The position numbers and the translations under genes were made by a program. A stretch of DNA of 64,000 nucleotides from an uncultured virus (IMG/VR IMGVR_UViG_3300025647_003907) (taxonomy: Duplodnaviria; Heunggongvirae; Uroviricota; Caudoviricetes): the IMG/VR virus record IMGVR_UViG_3300025647_003907; one strand, given 5' to 3'. Below the pieces are notes generated by a model. It searched no databases and had not been told where the DNA came from. It saw only the letters and a list, made by a program, of their open reading frames with translations. Of this stretch, positions 49,811-58,831 are shown one piece after another (within the stretch, counting starts at the first letter, position 1; every line of letters starts with the position of its first letter).

Positions 49811-50853
49811 TATAGATACGTTTCTAATCCGCCTCGCCGCCTGATATCTTGAGTACAACAGCTAACCCCGCCATCCCAAAAATATTGATGACGTAGTGAG
49901 CTAACAATAGGATTAATGCCGTGTTTTTCACAAAAATCAAATACAGTTTTATTTTCTGCACTAAACACAACATTCTGCTCATCTAACACCAAACAGTTAA
50001 CATCAAATACGGTTTCGTTAATATAACCTAACCAATGTGTTAGATAGTTGTTAACATAATCGCGGAATTGATCTGTTGGTCGATCGCCTTGCAAGTACCA
50101 GGATTCGTCTAGACGATTCTCTTCTTTAACACGACCAATCATTTGTGCAGCAATAATAGAACTGTCATTTAAGCGCAAGAAGTCCCAACCCGGAAACTCT
50201 GCTTCCAAGTTTAAATCATCTGCATGATAGGTGCTAAGAATAACACCGGGCTTTAGAATAGCAAACACAGCATCGCCATGCCCTTCGGTACGTGCTTCGT
50301 GAAAGCGATAGTCTTGATTATTTAATACATTTTCTTTAATCCAACCGCTTTGTGCTTCTGTTAAAAACTCAGAATTGTCAAAAAAGATATCACGTCCCAC
50401 ACGCACGATGCAGCTTGCTGAACCACCATTTAGAACGCAATTTTCATCATAGTGATCGCCGTGTGGGTTAATTATAATCCCTCCTTGTGCTTCGTAATCG
50501 TCACAAACATGATCCAGTTCATGCATGCGCAACACACGCAACAATTTATCGCCCAGTGTAATTTGCCAGTCTCTTGGAGTTAGCGGCGGCAGTGGCGCAC
50601 CACCGTGCTGCGTTTGCCAGGTGTAAAATTCATCTTGTGTGATCTTAAGTTCTGGACGACGAACTGTTGCTCCATAAGTTTCACAAACTTTTTGTAAGTT
50701 ATCTAAATCTTCTTCTGTTTCTGTGAGCACACGTTGCAATTGATTGCGCACAGCATCATCTTGAATAAACTCAAAATATTCCGGTGGATAACACCGACCT
50801 ACAATAACTTCTTCCAGTGGATCCCAGGACGTATAGGCATTAATTGGATTCAT
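49810..50853 (-). CDS. Second amidinotransferase (pentein fold)
   Basis: WDPLEEVIVG, PRD, GHGD, ETVFDVNCLVLD, WDGGVSCCT. Confidence 0.85.
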   Translation of the reverse strand: MNPINAYTSWDPLEEVIVGRCYPPEYFEFIQDDAVRNQLQRVLTETEEDLDNLQKVCETYGATVRRPELKITQDEFYTWQTQHGGAPLPPLTPRDWQITLGDKLLRVLRMHELDHVCDDYEAQGGIIINPHGDHYDENCVLNGGSASCIVRVGRDIFFDNSEFLTEAQSGWIKENVLNNQDYRFHEARTEGHGDAVFAILKPGVILSTYHADDLNLEAEFPGWDFLRLNDSSIIAAQMIGRVKEENRLDESWYLQGDRPTDQFRDYVNNYLTHWLGYINETVFDVNCLVLDEQNVVFSAENKTVFDFCEKHGINPIVSSLRHQYFWDGGVSCCTQDIRRRGGLETYL

Positions 50854-52048
50854 ATATATCTCTTAAAAGTGTTAGTATTCTATCTTTTTTATTTGACAAA
50901 AATAATTTTTGATTGTGAAGTAAATCATTCTTACAAGAAGTATAAACTTCACGTAACTGTTTGTTATTTAAGTTGATTAATGACAACGTTAAATTAATTG
51001 CAGCTTCCCAACGATCGGTAGTATCGGTAATATCATCATAACTGTTATTAATTATGCCTTCAAATGTACGATAACCCATGCGTCTTAATAAACGCAAACT
51101 CGATGGTCCACCAAAAATAACAAATGGTTGAGCATTTTTAATTGGCTTGAATGTTTTTTCAGTTAAAAATGCGCCGTGGCTTTGATCCACGTCCATGTGT
51201 GATTCTAATACAATGTTTAAATAGCTGCATCTAAAATGATCAGGATATGATAATGTATGATTGTTGTGCTGTACTACGCTTTGGTCATCGGCAACAAAAG
51301 GAACTTCCTTTAAAAATAGTCTTGTTAGTTCACGCAGATTTCCAAATTGATCTACTTCGATTGGATTGTCGTCTTCGGTTTCGTTGGCGGTTACTTCGCT
51401 GCTGTACCCAAAAAACCCTTGTTGATTGTTTCCGTGTTTCCAAATACGTGCCATGGTATTAGCACGCCAATATTTGTGCATGCGGACCAGTGCTGTAAAC
51501 TTTTTAGCACGATTACCTTCGTGATATTGTACAGGTTCAATTTTTCTATTACGAAAGTTATATAATAATTCATCATCAACCGCATGGAAGAAATAAGGAA
51601 TATCTCTGCAAGCACTGTTAGCACTAACAAAATATACTTGTTCTCGAGGTACATTCCAGTACTCGCATAATTCTGTTATTCTATCGTTAATGCGTTCTGG
51701 ATTATCACCTTCGCTATAATAAAATAACACACGCAATTTTTGATGACGTACTTGGTGTAAAACCAAATCGGGCATTAAATAAAACCAATCTACATCAAAA
51801 TCAAAGAAGCTAAGTGCAATAGGATAAAAAGTATTATTATCTGTTTTTTCTAAATCAACTAACTTATATGGAACATCCCAATAATCCATGTATTCAAATA
51901 ACATTACCGGCTCGGAATATGGCCATTTAGTGCTGAACTGCCTCCACTCAGTGGTAAATGGTTGAGCTTGGTGTTTGGCTAGATTAGGGTAGGGTTTTGT
52001 GAAACCTACTGCATTTTTGCCAATACGATCTACATAGAATTTATACAT
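50840..52048 (-). CDS. Putative GT-B glycosyltransferase-like protein (TEK motif)
   Basis: LNIVLES...FLTEKTFKPI...PFVIFG...GYRTF...SYD, similar to the GT10-like donor-binding motif. Confidence 0.5.
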   Translation of the reverse strand: MYKFYVDRIGKNAVGFTKPYPNLAKHQAQPFTTEWRQFSTKWPYSEPVMLFEYMDYWDVPYKLVDLEKTDNNTFYPIALSFFDFDVDWFYLMPDLVLHQVRHQKLRVLFYYSEGDNPERINDRITELCEYWNVPREQVYFVSANSACRDIPYFFHAVDDELLYNFRNRKIEPVQYHEGNRAKKFTALVRMHKYWRANTMARIWKHGNNQQGFFGYSSEVTANETEDDNPIEVDQFGNLRELTRLFLKEVPFVADDQSVVQHNNHTLSYPDHFRCSYLNIVLESHMDVDQSHGAFLTEKTFKPIKNAQPFVIFGGPSSLRLLRRMGYRTFEGIINNSYDDITDTTDRWEAAINLTLSLINLNNKQLREVYTSCKNDLLHNQKLFLSNKKDRILTLLRDIYESN

Positions 52049-53162
52049 AATCTTGTTTAATTTGTGCTAGCATGACTTTTAGTTCTTGCCATAATATCTG
52101 TTCGAAAGACCCATAGTAGAAATGGTTATAATTATATGTTGCAGCAGGAACACAATGTCGATAAATTTGTTGTTTTTCTCTAGCAGATAACCCTTCAATA
52201 TCCGTTAATAGTTTAGCAACTTTTTCTAATCTTGCAAAGTCATCTTCTTCGTCATCATAACTTTCATCGACGACATTGCCAAAAGTTTTAAATCCATATG
52301 AACGTAAGTATTCTAGACTATGTGCTGGTGCTACTAGTATAAACGGCATTTCTAGTGCAATTGGTTTAAATGTTTTTTCGGTTAGGTGTAGTCTTTTGCC
52401 CCAGTAGATAGTTTCGGTTGGTACATAAAACATACTATCTGCCGCTAGATCAAAGTTGTCCAACCAACAACTAGACATTTTTTGTGTATCCTCGCCTGCA
52501 AATGTAATTGGCAATTCTTCTGTTGCTAGCACAGGGGTAATATCTGGATACCTGTCTGTATATTTGGATGCAATGTGCGTAATATCTGTGTGTTCAACCG
52601 GACATGTTCTAGGAGCACTGATATGATTATGTTGCAAGTTATTTTTAAAGACATGATATAAGAATAATACTCTATGATCGCGATGCCCGCCAATGATACG
52701 ATTAGGACTTAAAAATGTTTTTTGTGGTTCGCGTTCCGCTGCACGATTTATTAAAAAGGTTCTATTATATCCACGATACCAATCCAATGCAGCCCAGCCG
52801 TGCCAAAAATAGTAATAGGACCTCCATCTATACTTTCCACAAAGATTTCTAACAAAATCTCCTTTTTCGGATACAACGATACCTCCTTGTGCTTTAATAT
52901 CGTAATTATTCGGCACAGGTTGAATATCGTCATTTCTTCTGACAACATCATCAAAAAGATCTTGATAGATATCAAAATGAACAGGTTCCTGATCGTGAAG
53001 GAAAATATAATCACTTTCTACGATGAAGTCTTCTCCGTGGTTAAATAAATTATTGATTCCGGTGTGTCCTGGTGGATCACAATAAAACATTCTTATACCA
53101 GGCAAATGCTCTTGCATCCAAGGCCAAAATGTGTTATTGTATAACTCATCAATTCTAATCAT
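52041..53162 (-). CDS. Putative GT-B glycosyltransferase-like protein (TEK motif), paralogue of the neighbouring gene
   Basis: VPTET...HLTEKTFKPI...PFIL...GFKTF...DESYD. Confidence 0.5.
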   Translation of the reverse strand: MIRIDELYNNTFWPWMQEHLPGIRMFYCDPPGHTGINNLFNHGEDFIVESDYIFLHDQEPVHFDIYQDLFDDVVRRNDDIQPVPNNYDIKAQGGIVVSEKGDFVRNLCGKYRWRSYYYFWHGWAALDWYRGYNRTFLINRAAEREPQKTFLSPNRIIGGHRDHRVLFLYHVFKNNLQHNHISAPRTCPVEHTDITHIASKYTDRYPDITPVLATEELPITFAGEDTQKMSSCWLDNFDLAADSMFYVPTETIYWGKRLHLTEKTFKPIALEMPFILVAPAHSLEYLRSYGFKTFGNVVDESYDDEEDDFARLEKVAKLLTDIEGLSAREKQQIYRHCVPAATYNYNHFYYGSFEQILWQELKVMLAQIKQDYV

Positions 53163-53170
53163 AATTTATA

Positions 53171-55204
53171 ATGTTTGACGTATTTTATATAGGTAAAAAA
53201 CCAAATCAGTTTGCTCACGAACGTGAAGTAAAAACCATTGATGAAGCACGAGCGTTAAGTCGCACTAGATACTTTTGGATTATACATTACTTATGTGATT
53301 ACACGGGCTTTGATTTTCTTTGGGAACCTAAGCCTTGGGAATCACACCAACGACATGTGTATGCAAGTCAGTGGAACAAAGATTCTGGTACTTGCTTGTG
53401 TCCTAAGGAAGGTTATACTGACACCCAATATCATGCTGGAATGATTGCTGTCCGCAAGACATCTACAGAACACTGGGATCACACAGACGTAGAAGGATTT
53501 GACTATAGTTGGCACCCAGATGATACAGAAGGCCCGCACATATACCAGTTTGGCACACAGTGGCAAAAGACCGGAGGCCCACGTTATGTAATTCCCGGTG
53601 CAACAGTAGTGAAGTATGTTCGTGAAAATCGTATTACAAAAACAACAGTAGATGATAATTGGGTTATTCCCAATAATGTTGAGATTGACGGCTTTGACTA
53701 TACTTGGCATCCAGATGCAACAGAACCAGCATATGATTATCAATTTGGCACACAGTGGCAAAAAACCGGCGGACCTTTATATAAAATTGAAGGCGCAACT
53801 GCAACAAAGTATGTAACTCAAGAACGTGTTAAAAGTATTAGTGTAACCAAAGATGTTTATCTAATAGATCACGGAAACCCAGAAACAGAAACAGTTAAAA
53901 AGCAGCTAGAATCTAAAGGGCTGGTAGTTAAAAAAATTGCTCGTTTTATTAGTTCGTATAAAGGAACATTACAACGTATACTATCTCGTGAAGAACGCGA
54001 CTATGTTTGGATATGCTCAAGTGTATGCGACTACTCTAACTTTGATTTTTCTTGGCATCCTGAATTATGGCAAGGCACGATGCTACACGTTTTTCCAAGC
54101 AATAACGAGAAGTTTGGTGACACCTTTCTAGTAAACACATCGACATTTAATGCCCGCATTACCCAAGTCGAGTTACTTGAATGGTACGATACCATTCATT
54201 TTGTAGACAACATATCTGTACCTCGCTGGCCAGTCGAAACTGTGCAATATAATGATGACACAATGGTTAGTGCAGTTTGGAATCATGAGTTTTCTAGTCC
54301 AATTGCATATTTTTATAAAAATACAGTACCTGATAATTTGCCAACTGTTAATTTGTGGAGAGAAAAAACAAAAACTGTTATTTCGCTTAAAAAAGATAAT
54401 TCAGCAGCAGTTATACCAAGAGAGTGTAAAAACCACCTAAAAACGCAGGTTTATGATTACCCGTTTTTAGATAAAACATATAGTGGTACACTAGAATCTC
54501 AACTACAAGATATTGTGTATATTTCATACGATGAGCCAGAATCAGAAAAGAATTACGAAAAACTGCTCTCTAGGTTTCCTAATGTAAAACGTGTACACGG
54601 CGTAAAAGGAATGGAAAATGCATTAATTGCTGCCGCTAACGAAAGTAGCACGCCGTGGTATTTTGCAGTGTTTGCTAAAACCGAATTAGAAGAAACATTT
54701 AAATTTGACTTCGTTCCAGACTATTTCCAAACTCCAAAACATTATATTTTTAATTGTCGCAACCGCGTAAATGGATTAGAGTACGGACATATGGGAGTTA
54801 TTCTTTATAACTGTAATATGGTTAAAAATGGTCCGGGCTATTACAACAACAATAATGCTATGAGCCTAGACTATACAATTTCTTTTCCTACGGAATCAAT
54901 ACCGTTGTTAAGTTGCCATGGGAATTTTGACACAAGTCCATACCATACTTGGCGCACAAGTTTTAGAGAAGTAGCAAAACTTAGTTATTTTGAATCTGTG
55001 GATCCAACAATGGATAACCAATATAGATTGAAAATATGGACGACTCGGGCTAATGGTCCATACGCCCAGTGGGCATTAAATGGTGCAAACGACGGCATTG
55101 AGTTCTTTAACGAAAGTGGCGGCGATCTAAGTTATATGAAGCAAAGCTTCAGTTGGGATTGGCTACGAGATCGATTCGTTACGAAATACGGGAAAATTGA
55201 ATAG
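53171..55204 (+). CDS. Multidomain glycosyltransferase-like protein with internal repeats
   Basis: The C-terminal DIVYISYDEP...VHGVKG...NGLEYG...TWRTSFREVAK domain is homologous to 35555..36478. FD[FY]xWxP motifs are repeated upstream. Confidence 0.6.
   Translation: MFDVFYIGKKPNQFAHEREVKTIDEARALSRTRYFWIIHYLCDYTGFDFLWEPKPWESHQRHVYASQWNKDSGTCLCPKEGYTDTQYHAGMIAVRKTSTEHWDHTDVEGFDYSWHPDDTEGPHIYQFGTQWQKTGGPRYVIPGATVVKYVRENRITKTTVDDNWVIPNNVEIDGFDYTWHPDATEPAYDYQFGTQWQKTGGPLYKIEGATATKYVTQERVKSISVTKDVYLIDHGNPETETVKKQLESKGLVVKKIARFISSYKGTLQRILSREERDYVWICSSVCDYSNFDFSWHPELWQGTMLHVFPSNNEKFGDTFLVNTSTFNARITQVELLEWYDTIHFVDNISVPRWPVETVQYNDDTMVSAVWNHEFSSPIAYFYKNTVPDNLPTVNLWREKTKTVISLKKDNSAAVIPRECKNHLKTQVYDYPFLDKTYSGTLESQLQDIVYISYDEPESEKNYEKLLSRFPNVKRVHGVKGMENALIAAANESSTPWYFAVFAKTELEETFKFDFVPDYFQTPKHYIFNCRNRVNGLEYGHMGVILYNCNMVKNGPGYYNNNNAMSLDYTISFPTESIPLLSCHGNFDTSPYHTWRTSFREVAKLSYFESVDPTMDNQYRLKIWTTRANGPYAQWALNGANDGIEFFNESGGDLSYMKQSFSWDWLRDRFVTKYGKIE
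53490..53830 (+). repeat. Tandem 195-nt (65-aa) intragenic duplication
   Basis: GFDY[ST]WHPD.TE....YQFGTQWQKTGGP occurs twice. The 20-mer tttggcacacagtggcaaaa is identical at 53549 and 53744. Confidence 0.9.
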
Positions 55205-56582
55205 GCCCGTCGTTAATGCCAACCCCATAGGAGATATTGTCTCGATACTGATTAATCATAATACTAGCTGTGTGATCAAATGCATCCAGATAGCCAGTAT
55301 CGCCGGGACGCGGTGTAATAGTATTTCCAGACTCTACCCAATTACGACAAACTTCATCTAAACTTTTATCTTTTATATTGCCAATGATATAACGTTCTGC
55401 GCCCGATCGACCAACAAATCCGGATTCGTGGTACAGATAAACATCGGACTTAACGTCAACGCAGACGTTTACCTGCGGGAATCCAGTACGGACCATGTCA
55501 TGGAAGTTAACCATTTGTAGAGGACCGCTAACATGATTGTAACGCAAACTATCTAACGCATACCCATAGTCAAAGTGTACATCTTTTAGTAAAGAATCTG
55601 CACTACAAATTTTATCTACTTCTTTTAATATGCCAATTAACTTTTCACGTTCTTCATTAGTTATCGACACCAGAGACTGTGAGTGGTCTTCGCGTATAGT
55701 ACAGAACGCAATACGCTTGTCGGTTTGACGGTGAATGCTTCTAATATAATCCAAGAAACCATAAATCTCATTCGTCTTACCGGGCAATAGAATATAATTT
55801 AAGCCTATATTGGTTTTGTTTAACTCGGGACGGTTTAAGAAGTTAGCGATGTTATCTCGGACAGTTGTGTATGCCTTATCGTTTTGTGTAACAGCAAATG
55901 TACTCTTTTGATCTACACCGTAGATACTAAAGCGTAGCGCACCTAGGTCAAATATGCCTGGGTTGTCGTTACAATAACGATCGCTTAACAAGTAGCCGTT
56001 TGTGTACAACTGTACATTGTAGCCCTGTTCTGCACCGTGGGTGATAATATTATTAGTAAGTGGGTTAGTGAGAGGTTCGACACCGCCTGAAATACGCAAT
56101 CGATTGCGCCAGTTCCAATCTGTTTTTGGATCCTCGTCGATCATACGTTTAAACATTGTAAACGATTCGTCTGCTAGTTTGCGATCATACTTTTCATTAT
56201 AGTTGCGTCCGCAAAAGTTACAGTAGAACATACAAGAGAAGCCTGTGTATAATCCAATGCGTTCTGGATACGAGTATTCGTTTAGTATGCTTGCTTGTAT
56301 TTTGCCTGTAGCAAACAATGGAAGCACAGTATTTTTATAATACTTTTTACCAATACCTGAGTTCTGTATGTAATCTTGTAATACTTCGTCGTTGCGGATA
56401 ACAGTGTTTAAGTCTAACAAATCCTGCTTGCTAATACCAAGCCATTCTGCTGCTTCGCGCTGCTTAACAAAAGGATTGTGCGATAACATAGTTGCATACT
56501 CTCGCAGAGTTGTGTTATCGTAACCGTCAAGTGTGCCACGATGCTCTTCTAATGTATTATGGTATGAATATCCAAAGTTCAT
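55179..56582 (-). CDS. desII: DesII-like radical SAM NDP-4-amino-4,6-dideoxyhexose ammonia-lyase
   Basis: Co-linear motifs recalled from Streptomyces DesII: Y.KNT.LPL, GLY.G..CMF.C.FC.R, SGG.EPLTNP, YTN, S.YG, IRED.S, DYGYAL.SLR, PQV...VD...DVYLY.E.GF...RYI.G, D.FD. Confidence 0.85.
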   Translation of the reverse strand: MNFGYSYHNTLEEHRGTLDGYDNTTLREYATMLSHNPFVKQREAAEWLGISKQDLLDLNTVIRNDEVLQDYIQNSGIGKKYYKNTVLPLFATGKIQASILNEYSYPERIGLYTGFSCMFYCNFCGRNYNEKYDRKLADESFTMFKRMIDEDPKTDWNWRNRLRISGGVEPLTNPLTNNIITHGAEQGYNVQLYTNGYLLSDRYCNDNPGIFDLGALRFSIYGVDQKSTFAVTQNDKAYTTVRDNIANFLNRPELNKTNIGLNYILLPGKTNEIYGFLDYIRSIHRQTDKRIAFCTIREDHSQSLVSITNEEREKLIGILKEVDKICSADSLLKDVHFDYGYALDSLRYNHVSGPLQMVNFHDMVRTGFPQVNVCVDVKSDVYLYHESGFVGRSGAERYIIGNIKDKSLDEVCRNWVESGNTITPRPGDTGYLDAFDHTASIMINQYRDNISYGVGINDGPIQFSRIS

Positions 56583-57694
56583 TTAAATGAGTTTATGCTA
56601 TCTACGATATATTGAACTTGATCATCTGTTAATGAATACCAGCTTGGAATACTTAATATTTCTTTAACAGCAAGCTCTGCATTAGGGCATTCCTGGTACC
56701 ATTCTTTATATGCTGGTTGTGTATTAGTAGTAGTTGCATACTGAATATTTGTTTCAATGTCTAACTCTGCTAGGTGTTGTTTAAGTTCATCGCGACGATT
56801 GCTGCGAATAACATACCCATAATATGTATGATCATTGCCTGGTTCTAGTACAGGAACATCAACAGTGACCAATTGCTCAGTATAATAGTTACAAATTTTT
56901 CGTTTACGTTTGAGCCAAGTATTTAAGTAAGGAAGTTTTGTACGAACAATATTTGCTTGCATATTGTCAATGCGAGCATTATAACCTATGCGTTCATATG
57001 AATAACGATTACTGCGTCCGTGATCTCTGTACATGCGCACAAGTTCTATGTTTGACTCAGACCCTAATACACATCCTGCATCTCCCATTGCGCCTAAATT
57101 TTTAACTGGGTTAAAACTAACACAGGTATAATCTGCCGGCAAAGATCCAACCGTGCGACCTTTATAACGATTACCAAAGGACTGTGCTGCGTCCTCAATT
57201 AATACAAGATTATATTCATTGCATATATTGCGTAAACGATCAACATCTGGACATTGACCGTATAAGTCAACAAACAGAATCGCACGAGTGCGCTTTGTGA
57301 TATATTGTTCAATTTTATCTATATTGATTAGATATGTTTTAGGGTCAATATCGACAAATATTGGAACCGCGCCCACAGATGCTATTGATTCTGTGGTAGC
57401 AACAAATGTCATTGGTGTAGTAATAACTTCGTCTTTATAGCCAATTCCTGCTGCCTGCAAAGAACACGCCAATGCAGTAGTGCCAGATCCTGTAGACGCA
57501 CATGCTTCTGCCCCTGTGTATTCGCATAGTGCTGATTCAAATGAGGTAACGTACGGTCCGGTGATAAATTGAGATGTAGCAATAGTCTCTTCGATTGCCC
57601 GATCGATCTCCCATTTACAATCAATATATTGTTGATATAAATTAGTGTAGGGAATTTTGAATCCACTCATAATACAGTGGGAATCCTTGTTCAA
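56579..57694 (-). CDS. DegT/DnrJ/EryC1/StrS family PLP-dependent sugar aminotransferase
   Basis: SGTTAL, TFVAT, IEDAAQ, SFNPVKNLGAMGDAG (PLP lysine), GYNARID. The real start may be the internal MSGFKIP. Confidence 0.95.
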   Translation of the reverse strand: MNKDSHCIMSGFKIPYTNLYQQYIDCKWEIDRAIEETIATSQFITGPYVTSFESALCEYTGAEACASTGSGTTALACSLQAAGIGYKDEVITTPMTFVATTESIASVGAVPIFVDIDPKTYLINIDKIEQYITKRTRAILFVDLYGQCPDVDRLRNICNEYNLVLIEDAAQSFGNRYKGRTVGSLPADYTCVSFNPVKNLGAMGDAGCVLGSESNIELVRMYRDHGRSNRYSYERIGYNARIDNMQANIVRTKLPYLNTWLKRKRKICNYYTEQLVTVDVPVLEPGNDHTYYGYVIRSNRRDELKQHLAELDIETNIQYATTTNTQPAYKEWYQECPNAELAVKEILSIPSWYSLTDDQVQYIVDSINSFK

Positions 57695-58592
57695 TGTTGG
57701 TGTGTGGTTCGTAATTTAACAAGCGATATGCTTTTTCGGTACTTAGATATCCACGACTGGGCATGCTCATGTCGCGCTCGCATACATTAATCTCGCCCTT
57801 ACCTACAATATCGCGCACAAGTTTAGCAGCACGCAGAATAGTATCTTCTTCGCCGCGTGTAATATTAAATGTTTCGTCAGCAGCAAGAACATGAGTAGCA
57901 GCAAGCACAATACCGTGTGCTACATCTTCTACAAACGAAAAGTCTAGTTTTTCATCTACTCCGTTTACGTTAAGCGGCTTGTCCTGTAGTGCATTCATAA
58001 AAAACTTACTAACAACACGATCTTCTACGTCACGTGGTCCATATACAGCACTTGGGCGTACAATTGAATATTCCATGTTGTGCTTTGCTGCAACGTGTTT
58101 GGTTAATAATTCACCTGCGTGCTTGTATGCAGCATAAATGCTGCCAGGTTTGCACGTGGCGTCTTCTGTAACACCGCCTGTAAAGTCACCGTATACCATG
58201 CTGCTGCTAATATACACAAACCGCTTAACACCTACATCGACACTGGATGTTAATAGATTTTCAAGTCCGTCAATCATGGTATGACGAGCGGTTAGTGGAT
58301 CTGTGTTTACAATTTTAGCACGCGGGAAACTTGCTAAGTGAATAACCACTTCTGGTTGATGTCGTTCAAATGATGTTTTAATATGTGCGGCACTAGCAAT
58401 ATCCCAAGGACATAAAGTAGGATGCCCCATATAATTAATACGCTCATCAATAAGCGTCATGTGCTGCTTGGGGTCTAGAATTCCATAGGTAGTCCAGTTA
58501 TCTAAAACAACACATGTATGTCCTTGATCTTGTAATTCTTTTACTACGTGATGCCCAATAAATCCAGCACCGCCGACTACCATTATTCGCAT
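57642..58592 (-). CDS. NAD-dependent NDP-sugar epimerase/dehydratase (extended SDR)
   Basis: GGAGFIG, HLAS, SSSMVYG, YAAYK (YxxxK), RPSAVYGP, DFSFVEDVA. Confidence 0.9.
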   Translation of the reverse strand: MRIMVVGGAGFIGHHVVKELQDQGHTCVVLDNWTTYGILDPKQHMTLIDERINYMGHPTLCPWDIASAAHIKTSFERHQPEVVIHLASFPRAKIVNTDPLTARHTMIDGLENLLTSSVDVGVKRFVYISSSMVYGDFTGGVTEDATCKPGSIYAAYKHAGELLTKHVAAKHNMEYSIVRPSAVYGPRDVEDRVVSKFFMNALQDKPLNVNGVDEKLDFSFVEDVAHGIVLAATHVLAADETFNITRGEEDTILRAAKLVRDIVGKGEINVCERDMSMPSRGYLSTEKAYRLLNYEPHTNIEQGFPLYYEWIQNSLH

Positions 58593-58594
58593 TT

Positions 58595-58831
58595 TTATCC
58601 CCAGCGTAATTGAAAATAAGTCGCAGCAGCATCGTCGACTTCTGCTTCAACTATTATATGATACCCCCAGGTGGTACCGTCATTTTGTATACTATAACGT
58701 AAATTTTGACTATTGTCAAGAACCCATTTTCCTTGCTCGCACCCTTTAAGTTTTGAGTCTATGATCATAGGCATTACTAAATGTGGTTCTTCAACATCGC
58801 CTACGTCAAAGTCAAAGACTCGTATACGCAT
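58595..58831 (-). CDS. Small hypothetical phage protein
   Basis: 78 aa ending AATYFQLRWG; coupled to the thyA stop. Confidence 0.65.
   Translation of the reverse strand: MRIRVFDFDVGDVEEPHLVMPMIIDSKLKGCEQGKWVLDNSQNLRYSIQNDGTTWGYHIIVEAEVDDAAATYFQLRWG

Noticed and set aside
53549..53763. Identical 20-nt direct repeats as a CRISPR array or a DGR template/variable pair
   Set aside because: Only two copies, 195 nt apart and in frame within a coding duplication. No cas or reverse transcriptase gene is present, and the differences are not adenine-specific.
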